A DNA stretch of 64,000 nt from Felis catus (taxonomy: Eukaryota). The notes beneath the pieces are model-generated. The model did no database searches. It saw only the letters and a list, made by a program, of their open reading frames with translations, and had not been told where the DNA came from. The DNA is taken from assembly GCF_018350175.1 (NCBI RefSeq), contig NC_058368.1:229960001-230024000 (forward strand). The letters run 5' to 3'. Positions 35,998 through 49,205 of this stretch are shown one piece after another; the stretch's first letter is position 1, and every line of letters starts with the position of its first letter. Both the position numbers and the translations under genes were made by a program.

Positions 35998-36631
35998 CCC
36001 CACTTTTAATTTTTTGAGCAATCTCCATACTGTTTTCTATAGTAGTCACACCAATTTATATGCCAACCAATAGTGTAAAAACATTCCCTTTTCTCTACAT
36101 CCTTGACACTTGTTATCTCTCGTCCTGATATTAGCCATTCGGAAGGGTATGAGGGGATAGTTCACTGTGATTTTGATTTACATTTCCCTGGTGATTGGGG
36201 AGCATCTTTTTCTTTAGTTGAACATCTTTTCCTGTGCCTGTTGTTTGAATATATCTTCTTTGGAAATGTCTAGTCAGATCTCCTACCTATTTTTAAATCA
36301 GATTGTTTGTGTTTTTCTATTCTATTGGATGAGTTCTTTATTTCGGATATTAATCTCTTATTAGATATATGGTTTGCAGGTAGTTTCTCCCATTCGGGAG
36401 GATGCTTTTTCAGTTCCTTTCCTGGATGGCTTCCTTTCCTGTGCAGAAGCTCCTGGGTTTGATGTAACTCTGCTTTTTTTGTTTTTGCTTTTGTTGCCTT
36501 TGCTTTTGGTGTAAAACCCCCCAAAATCATCACCAAGATTGGTGTTAGGACTTCACCTTTTTACAAAAAAAAATCTTCTAAAACAATTTTACAAAATCAG
36601 AGTATAAAACTAAGTAAATAGCATGATATAA

Positions 36632-36960
36632 TTTTTTTAAGTTTTTATCTAAATTGCAATTAGTTCACATACAGTGTTAACATTACTTTCAGGTGTAAAA
36701 TATAGTGAGTCAACACTTGCCTACGTCACCCGGTGCTCTCTTCCATCACAGGTGCACTCCTTCATCCCTATCACTTTTTTCACCCATCCCCCACCCCACC
36801 TCCCCTCTGGTAACCATCAGTCTGTTCTCTGTAGTTAAGAGTCTGTTTCTTCCTTTGTCTCTCTCTTCCTTTCTCTTGTTTTCTCCCCTTTGCTAGTTTG
36901 TTTTGCTTCTTACATTCCACATACGAGTGAAATCATATGGTGTTTGTCTTTCTCTGACTC
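36632..36960 (-). mobile_element. Short carnivore L1 3'UTR fragment
   Basis: ttagttcacatacagtgtta...cattccacatacgagtgaaatcatatggtgtttgtctttctctgact. Confidence 0.85.
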
Positions 36961-38186
36961 GTACCATTTTTTATTTTGAAAATTATTTATTATAATATAT
37001 TAAATATAAATACAAATGAAGTTGTCTACTGTATTTTTCAGGTGATGTAGTGCTGATTTTCTTTTTAATATTGTTTATTTTCAGAACATTTTACAGTAAG
37101 AAAGTAATATTTAGATGCTCAGTACACTCAAGAAACTTTTATTTTACTTAAAAAAAAAAAACACCTGCAGGTACACAAATAATACAGAAAATGTGTCTGA
37201 AAGTGCTATTAACTCTTAATTATTGCACCGTTCCCTTTTGCTTAAAGGCTATAATGATAATTGGGAGATATTGAGATATCTCAAAAAATAATTATTAACA
37301 TATGCATTAATTTATCATAAATAACAACAGAAAATGATCATAATGTCTCTTTTTTAAAAAAGTGCTTTGACAGCAGAATTTCTGGTATGTAGTTTTGTGT
37401 TACATGGCCTATTTTGTATTCTGTTGGGTCATGATATAATAAATATGTGGAAGGAATCATTATAGCTTAAAGTTTGTATATCAGGAAAAAAAGAATAGTT
37501 TGCTACTTGATGGTTTGAAAACACATCCATTAGTTTTCTGCCATCAAGTACAATGACTTCTCTCATGTCTGTATTCATAAAAAGTGTCTGTTCAAATGTG
37601 TGTATTTTAACGTTGATTCTCAGTGTGGTTCATAGGTGACGAGCTTCAGCTGTCTACTTTTATGCCTGAAGGGACAAGTTCAATGATCGTGTGATGGACA
37701 GTCATGACCGATGTCCTCTCTTATTATGCTTTTGTAAAACCAGAACTTAAAAAAATTACATTGCTGGGTATCACTCGCATGATTTAATTGTTACTGTAGC
37801 TAGAATTAACAATTACGGTTGTTTGTCTAAAACATGTTCTAACTACCCACAGCAAGGAGACAGATCAGTTTATCACCGTAAATATAGATCAGGTAACACT
37901 GGTCCTCGTGTCCTGCATCTGGCACGAACACTCCTATTGGTCTTCCCCCTTCCGTTATCTACACTGTTTTCATTTTTTCTTATTGATCCATTTATTGATT
38001 CGGCCATTAATGAAACTTTCCCACTGTGGCCAAAAGTAATGAAGTTGGCCTCCAGACTAAGTGATTTTATTGTACTTCATGCACTGAATATTTAGGAAAC
38101 AAAATCAAGGGCTTGCTTCCAGTCACTGGCCTATTTGACAAGTGGAATGAATCATTTCTTTTAAAATTCCCTTCTCTGCAAAAAGT

Positions 38187-38219
38187 TATTTTTTTTAGTA
38201 TTTATTTACTTTTGAGAGA

Positions 38220-38274
<55 letters not shown>

Positions 38275-38431
38275 GGAGGAGTAGAGAGAGAGGGAGACAC
38301 AGAATCCGAAGCGGGCTCCAGGCTCTGACCTGTCAGCACAGAGCCCGACACAGGGCTGGAACCTACGAGCTGTGAGATCATGACCTGAGCCGGCGTTGGA
38401 TGCTTAACCGACTGAGGCACCCAGGCGCCCC
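38187..38431 (-). mobile_element. Felid CanSINE with expanded (GA)n
   Basis: Antisense SINE; (GA)n 38214-38270. Confidence 0.96.
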
Positions 38432-38456
38432 TAAATGTTCAAGTTTTAAAAAAAAA

Positions 38457-38478
38457 ATTTTAATGTTTATTTATTTTT

Positions 38479-38518
<40 letters not shown>

Positions 38519-38633
38519 CTCCAGGCTCTGAGCTGGCAGCACAGAGCCCAACACAGGCTCGAACTCAGGGACGTTGAGATCATGACTTGAGCCCAAGTCA
38601 GATGCCTAACCGACTGAGCCACCCAAGAGCCCC
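38457..38633 (-). mobile_element. CanSINE tandem to the previous copy, internal deletion
   Basis: Antisense SINE; (GA)n joined directly to caggctccagg. Confidence 0.93.
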
Positions 38634-39599
38634 ACAAAAGGTTATTTTCAATAATAATTATGAAATCAAATGAATATAATGACCTAAAGAAGAAAATGAA
38701 ATTTTCTTTGTACTTTGTATATTCAGGCAGATAAAAATAAATATTACAGTAGAAAAAGGAAATAAGTAATAGCTCAATATTTCTTTATACATTAGAACAG
38801 TTATTGGAAAAAACATTACTTTTTGGTGTCTCGCAGTAATGAGTAGTATTACTGTTTAGCAGTAAGTTACAATTATATAAGAATAACAATTCAAACATAT
38901 TTTCTATTGTAAAGTTGTTATTGAAAATAACAAGTAAAACATTACATGTATGAACTAAAATTTGCACCCCCCTACCCCCCCCCCCCCACCCCTACACACA
39001 CACAATATTACACCTTGTGTTTTACAATCTACTTTACTGGTTTAAATTTGAATTACGAACAAAATGCAAAATGCTTCCGTGGAATAGAGCTTCTGATCAG
39101 TGTCTTTGCTGTCACGGTAACTGTACTACCCTGACTGGATCTGAAGGCAGGACTCTCCAGTACCATGAAGTATTGGACCCAGACTGTACCCAAAGCAAGT
39201 TCAGACAGTCGGGACTGTTAGAAAATTCCTCTGGAAATGAACGCATGTAGCTGAGTCTGCAGGCTTTTGGGGTTGACTGTATAGCAAGAGGTACATATAT
39301 TACATGTAATTAAATTTTTACGGTAACCACAACAATTATTTAGAACTTAGACCCACAGAAAATGTAGGGGCTGTGTATTTGACCTGTGATGTTGCCTAGA
39401 GTTGCTGGCACATGGTATGAAAGAAAAGCAGACTGAACTCCAGTTATCTTATCATTAAATTCTCCGCAGCCAAAACGCACCCTTATTGCCTGTGCCCAAG
39501 TGCTGTCCCCAGGGGCCCAGCCACAGGTATCCTGCTTCCTCCCTCCTCTTCCTCCTCTGTTAAGACCTGGCAGGTGGCAACTGTTCTCCTGTCACCTCT

Positions 39600-40062
39600 T
39601 GGCCGTTACCTCCCAGCCCCTCCTCCTTGCTCACTGTGCCTAATTCTACCACCTACTTTGTACACCCAGGTGCATACCAGTTTCGTTCTACCTCAGGGCC
39701 TTTGCACTGCTCCTTCCCTTTCCTGGAGAGTGGAAGCCCACATACATGGCTTCCTCACCTCCTCCAACTCTTTGCTCAGTGTCACCTCCTTAAGGACACC
39801 GACTTTGACTACCCTGGTTGCTCTTGTAGCCTCCCTGTCTCTCATATTCTACTATTCTTGCTTAAAATACATGATTAGCAGCTTCTAAGAGGACATAGTC
39901 TGTTGATTTGTCAGAATAATAATTATTTATTTTCTGCCTCCTGCTACTAGAATCTCAGTTCCATGAGGGCAGGGGGGTTTGTATGTTTTCATCACTGGTG
40001 TAGTCCAAACCCCTGGGCAGTACGTGACACGTGATAAGTGCTCAGTCAATATTTGTTGAATA
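39600..40062 (+). mobile_element. L2 (L2a-like) 3' end
   Basis: cctcagggcctttgcactgct...ctagaatctcagttccatgagggcagg...gtgctcagtcaatatttgttgaat. Confidence 0.85.
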
Positions 40063-40783
40063 GCTACACCTACATTTTTTTATTGTGTGGAATTGGGAAA
40101 CAAAGTTGCTTCCAAAACTTTGTGTCTTTTTTCACTTCTAACAAACAATTTCCTTGCTTTTACATGTCAAGCCCATACAATTCAATATTCACCGAGAACA
40201 ACAAACAATTACCCTAAGCCTTATGGGACAATGATGTGATTATGTTATACAGCACAAAGAAAAGGCTTTGGGGACTGTGATGGAATCAATGAACAATATT
40301 ATCATTTTTAAACATATACATTGTTTCATATTACCTAAATGAATTCTTTTAATAACCTTGTGAACAAAGCAGAATAAGGATTTCCTTTTGCTCTTGTTCG
40401 GACAAGGAGACAGACGCTGGAAGAGATTAAGTGACTTTCTGATGGGGGTGCCGTGGGCACTCACAGCAGAACAGACATTGCAGTGCTATTTTCCTTGTTC
40501 CTAGACCAGCGAAGTTTCCGGTGTGTGCATTTAACTCTTGCATTACAAACATTAGAGCAAAATGTCTGAGAGAATTAAAATGCATCTATCTGATGATTCA
40601 ATGCCAGTAGGGAAACAAAACTATTCTACAGTTTCATGTGGAATCCCAAGAGGCGCAAGTAACTCACCTTTGCCGAAATCCTGTACTCAAGGTAGTCCTG
40701 AATACGTGCATGGCAGCATTCAGGAAAGCATCCCCCCAACACCTTGAACTCACCTTGTGTCTTATGGTAAACCCTTGGATTTT

Positions 40784-41189
40784 TTTTTTTAATTTAAATT
40801 CAAGTTAGTTAACATACAGTGTAGTCTTGGCTTCAGGAATAGAACCCAGGGATTCATCTCTTACGTATGACACCCATTCTCATCCTGAAAAATGCCCTCC
40901 TTAATGCCCATCACCCATCTAGCCCATCCCACCCCACCACTCCAGCAACCCTCAGTTTGTTCTCCTATTTAAGTGTCTCTTGTGGCTTGCCTCCCTCTCT
41001 GTTTTTATCTTATTTTTCCTTCACTTGCCCTATGTTCACCTGTTGAGTTTCTCAAATTCCACATATGAGTGAAATCGTATGATATTTGTCTTTCTCTGAT
41101 TTATTTCACTTAGCATAATACCCTCTAGTTCTGTCCACGTTGTTGCAAGTGGCAAGCTTTCATTCTTTTTCATCACCAAGTACTATTCC

Positions 41190-41235
<46 letters not shown>

Positions 41236-41578
41236 CACACACACACCACATCTTCTTTATCCATTCATCAGATGATGGGCATTTGGGCTCTTTCTATAAT
41301 TTGGCGATTGTTGGTAGCACTGATGTAAACATTGGGGTGCATGTGCCCCTTTGAATCAGCATTTTTGTATCCTTTGGATAAATTCCTAGTAGCACAATTT
41401 CTGGGTCATAGGGTAGTTCTATTTTTACTTTTTTTTAGGAACCTCCATAGTGTTTTCCAGAGCGGCTACACCAGTTTGCATTCCCACCAACAGTGCAAAA
41501 GGGTTCCCATTTCTCCTCATCCTCGCCAACATCTGTTGTTTCCTGAGTTGTTAATTATAGCCTTTCTGACAGCTATGA
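40784..41578 (-). mobile_element. Felid/carnivore L1 3' part (non-inverted arm of a 5'-inverted insertion)
   Basis: Poly-T at 40780-40790, antisense 3'UTR and ORF2 end; contains (TG)(TA)(CA) repeat 41192-41246. Confidence 0.93.
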
Positions 41579-42133
41579 GCATTTGACAAAATACAGCATC
41601 TTTTCTTGATAAAAACCCTCAATAATGTAGGTATAGAAGGAACATGACTTAACACCATAAAAGCGATATATGAAACAGCCACAGCTAATATATCCTCACT
41701 GGGGAAAAACCGAGAGCTTTCCCCCTGAGATCAGGAACATGATAGGGATGTTCAGCCTCACCACTGTTGTTCAACATAATACTGGGAGTCCTAGCCTCAG
41801 CAATCAGAAACGAAAAGAAATAAAAGACATCCAAAGTGGCAAGGAATAAGTCCGTCCTCTTTCCAGATGACATGATACTCTACATGGAAAACCCAAAAGA
41901 CTCCTCCCCAAAACTGCTGGAGTTAATACGTGAATTCAGCAAAGTCCCAGGACCATAAAATCAATGCACAGATAATGGTTGCATTTCTATACACCAGTAA
42001 TGAAGCAGCAGAGATACCAAGGAATCGATCCCATTTACATTTGCACCAAAACCCATAAAATACCTAGAGATAAACCTAAGAGGTAAAAGATCTGTACACT
42101 GGAAACCATAGAAAGCTTATGAAAGAAATTGAA
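41579..42133 (+). mobile_element. L1 ORF2 RT-domain segment (inverted arm)
   Basis: AFDKIQH...KAIYE.ATANI...LRSGT*.GCSASPLLFNIILGVLASAIR...LFPDDMILYMENPKDSSPKLLELI.EFSK; abuts the antisense arm. Confidence 0.93.
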
Positions 42134-43779
42134 TAAAATCCTTGAATTTTTTTTTTTTTATTTTTGTTTTGTGTTGGGGGTGTTGCTCTTGAATGAACGC
42201 TACACTCAGTAAAATGTGAGTCTGGCATTTCTCCCTCCATCGATCAGCAGAATTGATTGGGTCCATCATTCCTTTATCACACCATTGATGGACAGAGGGA
42301 TCGGGCTCATTATTGCTTCATAATAATGTCCACGAAAATGACTTAGACAAACTGAAATGATGGTCTCTCAGCAAATGACATCGGAGTTAACTAGACAGCC
42401 TTAAAAATGTAAATATTAAATATAATGGTAGTAACTGCTGACAGAGTGATGCCTTATTGTGCACAAGCCCCTGTGCTCTGTTTTTCACGTGTCACATACC
42501 TGGTGTCATATTCCGTACGGGCGTTTGAAGAGGAAGGCACAGCCCTTTCCTTCATGGGCCCAGCTATGTGAGGCATGGGGAATTTGCAGGCCTTAATAAG
42601 GAGGACTGTTGGGGTTTGAACCCAGATATGTATGACTCCAGATCCTGTCTCTTCACTACTAATCACAGTTAGAAAAGTACTTGATTTCCTTGATAATGTG
42701 ATGCTGTGTCTATTTCTAGGTATCTATGTATCAACATTAAATGCAAGGGATTTGAACTCAGTCTGTGTTGCAACCCCAAGGATTGCTAATTTCTAAGGAA
42801 ATGTTTGTGGTTTTTTCAAAGCTGTCCACACCATGGCGATTCTATTCCATGAGTGAATCTTAAATAACCTTTAATATAATTAGTGAGGAAAAGAGACAGT
42901 TTGTGACTCCATATAATTTATGTGCATAATAAAGTCACCATTGACATTGAATTCCTTATGTTTTTTTCCTTTCTATTTTGCAGTTCCCAAAAATTGCTTG
43001 TTGAAGATTTTTTTCTTGTTGCATATTACAGAAAATATTGCATCACTAACGCAATCAGATAATGTGAGGAAGGCGCATATCTTTTTAATACGATTTCTGA
43101 ATGAGGGGAATTGATCTTTGGGCCTAAACTTTGTCCTTTCAGTAGACAGCAGTGTGCAGAGATTTTTCTAGATTTTTCCGAATTTTTCTGGAATGTAAGA
43201 AATTCTCTCTGCAAGATTCTACTCAGGCGTGGCCTTGATAACGTTTTTCTCTTGCTGAGGGTCTCTGGGATTGTAGTCAGACTCTCATTGTCAAAGCCAG
43301 TTGTGGGCTCTGCCTTTTGTTGAAGCCACATGTGTCTCAGGTGATAACTAATTCAAGACTCTGTTGAGAGAGGTCTGAACTTTAATTAGTTCCTCCTTAG
43401 TTCCTATGCTGAGAAAAGGAAAATGTGTTCTGTGAACACTTAGGACTGTTAAATGCTCTGAGGAAAAATAGATCCCAAAGTTAAATAATTTGGAGAAATG
43501 GTACATATGGTAGCCCTTTCCGGAAGATTCTTAAGGTGCTTTATCCTATTAGAGGTCTCAGTGCATTTGAGTGTGTCCTACATAGAGTTTTCCATATTAT
43601 TGAGCAATGGATGTTTCTGTTTGCAAGCGATGTAATATCCAGTGGAGCTACTGGTTATAACAGTAATATTGAAGTAGAAACGGGAGGCTGTACTAGTGTG
43701 CCTGTTCTCAAGAGTATTCTTTTGGGCTATAAGACAGATGATATTGTAGTCAGTTAAGGATTGTCTAAGAGTTATGTCA

Positions 43780-43928
43780 CCCATGCTTCTCAAATGTGAT
43801 GGTCTAATGTGATGAATCATCTGGCCACCTTGCTATAGATTGATACTGTAGGTCTGTGGTAGGGCTCAGGTTTCTAAGACGCTCTTAGAGGAGGGTAGAC
43901 TGCCATAGACAACAGTCTGAAGGGCAAG
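43780..43928. mobile_element. Probable MER5-like hAT fragment
   Basis: catgcttctcaaatg...gaatcatctgg...gtaggtctgtggtagggctcagg. Confidence 0.4.
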
Positions 43929-43931
43929 AAT

Positions 43932-43984
43932 ATTTATTTGTTTGTTTGGTTGTTTATTTATTTGGAGAGCAAGAAGGGAAAAGG

Positions 43985-44040
<56 letters not shown>

Positions 44041-44163
44041 CTTAAGCAGGTTCCACGTCCAGCACAGAACCTGACTCGGGGCTCAATGTCATGACCCTAG
44101 GATCATGACCTGAACTGAAATCAAGAGTCAGGCACTTAAACGACTGAGCCACCCAGGTGGGCC
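43932..44163 (-). mobile_element. CanSINE with (GA)n expansion
   Basis: Antisense SINE; (GA)n about 43987-44036. Confidence 0.92.
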
Positions 44164-44181
44164 TGAATAGCAAGAATTTAG

Positions 44182-44407
44182 ACTGAGGCTCTCACCCTTA
44201 GCACCATTGGTATTTTGGACTGGATAATTCTTTGCTGTGCCTGATGGCCTGTGCATTCTAAGATGTCCAGTAACATCACTGGCTTCTAACCACTTGGTGA
44301 CTGCATGGCCAGGTAGCACCTCCTCACTCTAGTTTTGGCAACCAAAAATATCTCTAGACATTGCAAATGTCCCTTGCAGGCAGAATCACATTTTTTGAAA
44401 ACCAGTG
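44182..44407 (-). mobile_element. MER20 (hAT-Charlie MITE)
   Basis: Antisense MER20 motifs ttttggactggataattctttg, caaccaaaaatatctctagacattgcaaatgtccc, terminal tgaaaaccagtg. Confidence 0.85.
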
Positions 44408-46118
44408 ACTAAAATGGTTTATATTGAGACATTTTGTCACTTTGGTTTCTCAAGTATTCCTTCTCAGTTGTCATAGGTCAGAGAAAGACACTTTTTCTTT
44501 TTCTTATAAAGCAATAGGAGACTAGCCTTCCTTCAAAGTTGAGGCAGGGGGACGCCACGGTTCTGTTCAGTTACAGGGATAGCTGGTGTGCACTTGTCGG
44601 CTTTTTCCAGGGAGTATATTTACAATTTGACGAAACTCTCAAGAACCGGAGAATGTAGTGAGCTCCAGACAGCTTAGGAGCTTGTGCAGAGCTAAGAAGG
44701 AGAATTAAGGCACCCATTTTATTACTGGAAAAGCAATGATTTCTTAAACTAATGCTTGTGCTTCTGGCTAATTTATTTTTTAAATGAAACCAAAATTAAG
44801 GCATAAAAACAATGAGCAAACATAAAGTAAAATACCTAAAATAAGTGTGGCTAGTTTTCTGAGGAGCTGAATTTTCTAGTGAGATAGCCACGGGCAGAAT
44901 GTTTGGGAATGGATCACTCCCAGCATGTGCGTTATAGCTCCACAGAGAAGAACGTTCTCTAGACAGGCCTGGACAAAGGCCATTAATCTCCCAGAGGGGC
45001 AGCTGGGGACAAGAAAACTGCACGCCCTCCTCTGGCTCAACTAATCTAAAGTTCTGAGAGTGTTTTAACACAACTTCATAAATCTGAAACTAACTCATTT
45101 GACCAAAAGAGAAAGAGAGAGTCTATTATCTTTTCTCATTAAAATCAAAGACTTTGGAGACCACTTCTTCACATTAGATTTTACATTTGTCTTGTTATAA
45201 GTTATTACTTTTCTTAAGCAGATGAAACCTATATCCAAGTTACATTACCCTCTCTGGGCCCCCATGGTCCTATCTGTAAACTGGGGCTGTAGATTAGATA
45301 TTTGTAGGTCTCCCTCAGTTTCAAGATAACGCATTGCAGTGATTCTATAATAGGTCTTGAGTACAGGAAGCAAAAACCAAAGTGGGTCTGAAAACTGACT
45401 CATCGATAATAATTTTAAGAACCATAAATATGTATGTATTACAAACAGTTATTATTTGGTGACTAGATTGCCTGGGTAGTTTGTAAGATAGATCATTTTT
45501 TTATGTTGTTAAAATATAAAAGGCGTGATAATTTTCAAATTGAGGACTGGGATTCAGTGAGTTAGAAATAGATATTGCAGAATATTGTGTACGTACTAGC
45601 GTTCTGTTCAGTAACACTGTTCTAAGGCTAAAGAGGGAATTCTAGACCAAGATATTTTGATAAACAAATAAGCAATTCAAATAGGATTGGCTTGTCACAT
45701 GAAATTCTGCAGGAAAGGTAATTGGTAGTAAATTAAGTGCAAGATATTGATTTGCATAGTCTCAGGATGAAAATATTTCTAGAGTTTGAGCAAAAGACAA
45801 CATCTCAATTACTTTGGGGCATCTATAGTCTTTTTTTTTCAAACGGGCTGTTAGCAAGATGTTCTTTTGATACATCTCTTTACTCAGGAATTATATGTTC
45901 TACTAAAACGGTTTATTGACAAGAATTCTGTTTGTTTAATACACTTTCTGTCTGTTAGTTATTTAAATCTAACTCAGTGAACATTGAGAAATAGAAAAAA
46001 TTAACTAAATATTTTCCAAGGTCATGATTGCATTTCGACGGCATTATTTCTCCTTTAAAAACTGTAGAGCCACTGAATGAAATGGCCATCTTACTATTCT
46101 GAAATTGCCACTTATTTA

Positions 46119-46334
46119 AAAAAAAGTTTTTAACATTTATTTATTTTTGAGACAGAGAGAGACAGAGCATGAACGGGGGAGGGTCAGAGAGAGAGGGAGA
46201 CACAGAATCCGAAACAGGCTCCAGGCTCTGAGCGGTCAGCACAGAGCCCGGCGTGGGGCTCGAACTCACATACCGCGAGATCGTGACCTGAGCCGAAGTC
46301 GGACGCTTAACCGACTGAGCCACTCAGGCGCCCC
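46119..46334 (-). mobile_element. Young felid CanSINE
   Basis: CpG-rich; perfect 17-bp TSD aaattgccacttattta 46102-46118 / 46335-46351. Confidence 0.98.
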
Positions 46335-47116
46335 AAATTGCCACTTATTTAGGGTAGTAACTCCTTTTTTCTGCTGGTTGCCCCTTTTCCCCCCATGGCT
46401 TTCGGGATCATAATATTATTTACTCCTGGTACAATCCACCGGTACCTTGGAACCCAGAGAAATAAATTCTAAATGCAGAGAATCCTATGTGAAGAATTGC
46501 CTCCAACTTCCAAATGGAAGGTCATTGCTTGATATTTATGTGGTCTCCAGTGCTCTTTCTTTCTGCTCCGTTCAACACCAGCGTGCATGTCTTAAGCTTA
46601 CTCTCTGCGCATATTGAGAAATCGATCTGTTCCAAATGCTTGCAGTCCAGCGGGTTGCCGAGATGACACACATTACAGTGTTTCAGAAGTGTCTTCCAGA
46701 CTCGGCCATTGGACCTGATTTTCTTTGGTTAACAGTGTTCCACTTTTTCGGGCAGTAGAGGTAGCTTGCCAAGTTGTACCCAAAGGTGGGAAATAATCAA
46801 GAGGGAGTAGAAATACTCACTGAAAGTTGACCACACGATCATCACAGCCTGATTTGGGTGCCTGTCTGTCATTGGTACAACTTTTTCCCACCCCAAGCCT
46901 GTATTCTTTCTTTAGTGAAATGCTTATTTCTATGATTACTGAGGACTTCGTGTCTCTACTATAACCGGGATCTGGATTGATCCCGGCAGAGAATCATACC
47001 CCTTCACAAAATTTATCCCAGAGTAGGAGGAAAAGGAAGACAAAGCTGGTGTTTTCTGTAGAGGGATTCTGGGGCAAGAATAGGTTTGAGATTAGCAGTG
47101 GTTACAGCTATAAAAT

Positions 47117-47200
47117 CTTTTGTTTACGTCGGCTCCACGCCCAGCATGGGACTTGAAATCGTGACCCTGAGATTAAGAGTTGCATGCTAGCCAGGGGCCC
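47117..47200 (-). mobile_element. Short tRNA-Lys-like CanSINE variant without a CT tract
   Basis: Reverse complement gggcccctggct-agcatgcaactcttaatctcagggtcacgatttcaagtcccatgctgggcg-tggagcc; TSD cagctataaaat 47105-47116 / cagctgtaaaat 47201-47212. Confidence 0.8.
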
Positions 47201-47240
47201 CAGCTGTAAAATATTCTATAGCCAGGTGATAAACAGTGTA

Positions 47241-47242
<2 letters not shown>

Positions 47243-47285
<43 letters not shown>
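47243..47285. repeat. (TG)n microsatellite
   Basis: Direct reading. Confidence 0.95.
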
Positions 47286-47286
<1 letters not shown>

Positions 47287-47999
47287 ACTTAATTTCTATT
47301 GGAAGTATAATATACATGCTAAATAGACTGTTTTTAAAGGTTTATATGTGGTGTCCATTTAAGAGGCAGGCTTTTCTCATTTTTCTCCCATCCTGTCTAA
47401 AACTCCAGTAAAGTGACAGCAGAGTCACGAATGAAGGGAATTCAGCTCCTAATGCTGGGAGGGCTCAGAACATGAGGCATTGAGCCCATTCCCAGAAGAC
47501 CATGACTTAGTGTGAGAACTTTGATCTATGACATGAAGAACAGGAAAGAGAAACCCAGAGTCCATGCACAGGGGAGGTGGCTTGAGGAGCAGGGTGGGGT
47601 GGGGGCTGATTTTCTGGCAGCACCCAGAGGACCTTCAGTCCCAGGCAGTGTGTCCGCGAGGCCAGACTGACAGCGGTCCTGAAAACAAGTGGGTTACAAA
47701 AATAGCTGGTCTACATTATGAGATCCTATGAGGAATGCACGGGACTGATGTCCTACAGTACAGTCATAAAGACAAAACAATGATGATTACAAGTAAGATG
47801 TGCATGTCGAGTGTTGAAATGTGGCCAGAAAGTTGTGGCAGTTCTGAGAAAGAATCTGGAGCAATTTGGAATGCCCTGGAAGTTAATAATAGAAATGTCT
47901 CGTCCCTAACATGCCTTCAGAAATCGTGAATTTCTCTCCTTTCCAATCACATCTATTCGCATAATGCTCCCATGAAGTGATTTCTGGAAATAATAAACA

Positions 48000-48860
48000 A
48001 AATTCCTGGTGAGATTTATTTCTCTTCTCCATATCCTACCTCCCTCAAGCTTCCCATTCCCTAGCTCCCCTTACTCTTAGGAGATGACCCTGCAACTCCA
48101 ATTCCTCACCCTTCTGTCCAATCATTACCCTCTCAGCCATGGGGCCTTCTTTCTAAAGATACCATTTAACCACTTTACTCTCCCCCCCAACACACACACC
48201 TTTTTGTTCTATATTCTTATGAATCTTGCTTCATAACCTGTTTTCCTTCTCAAAGTTTTAATTACGGTCTACCCTCTTCTCCACATTCTTTGCCTAAAAA
48301 CACGCCCAAATCATTCCCTCCATTTTCAGTTTACAAAGGATAAAAAACCTTTGTGTACGTATTTTTTTTTTCCTTTTCAAGCTATCCTCTCCTCACTATC
48401 ATCACTGAATGTCTTGAAAGGATGCTGTGTACTCTTTGCCTCTAATTCCTCATTTCCCATTGATCTTTTCACCTATTGGCTCTATCTCCTGCCCACAGAT
48501 GACATTAAAATTGCTCATAAGGCACATGATCACCGGGCTTCCCAAATAGTAGCCTCTTTTTGTTTCTTAACTGTGGACCTATTGAAAGCACCTGATACCA
48601 TGGGTTTCACACTTAGAAAACTGCCTTTCACCCTGCATGTTCCAGCGCCACTGTTCTCTCTTTTTCCCAAGATTCTTCTCATTTCCATCAATGGCTCATT
48701 TTCTTCCAGTTTTCCCTTAAATATTAAAATCCCTATAATTCCACCCTGAACCCTCTTGTGACTTACCACATGCTTTCTGGGCCATTTCATCTTATGTTCA
48801 ACTACCACCTACTTAAACAGTAAAATATTCAACTTTCCTGATCTGTGTTTCAAAATCCAG
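48000..48860 (+). mobile_element. L2 internal fragment
   Basis: Pyrimidine-rich L2-like text (aaattgctcataagg..., gcacctgatacc..., caatggctcattttcttcc, ttcaactaccacct). Confidence 0.6.
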
Positions 48861-49205
48861 TGTGAGATTGCATAGGAACAGCATCCTGTTGAGAATGCAG
48901 ATTCTCTTACATGAGATCTTGGCTTATCATCTCTCCTCCCTCCAGAAAAGGAGTTTGATAATGAACCACACACATAGTGCCTAGAATTGGGGCAGAGAAG
49001 AAACACAGGAGCTTATCTATGCCCTTTACATCACCTTGGACCTAAAGGGAAAGGTGGCTTCTGCTCTCCAAAGTCCTGAAGTGGGAACTCACAAGAGAAC
49101 TCACTCTCCCTCTCGCTCTCCCTCTCTTTCTCTTCCTCTCGAAAGGAAGTTTATTGTGAAGTTTATTAAGTGCTTTCAAGAAGAGGAGGCAGCCACCCTG
49201 CTCTA

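Larger units (their letters stand above)
34065..36545 (-). mobile_element. L1MA9-like L1 3' region (antisense) hosting a younger L1 and a SINE
   Basis: 3' end ttttaaattgaggtataattgac...; ORF2 remnant TPKAKATKAK...EWEKLPANHISNKRLISEI (ORF track 36270-36536). Confidence 0.85.

Noticed and set aside
37852..37891. Plus-strand 40-nt exon candidate (cacag|...atcag|gtaac), and similar candidates near 7964, 22890, 43031 and 55789
   Set aside because: None translates to a protein I recognise and they do not chain into a consistent reading frame; needs RNA-seq or conservation data.
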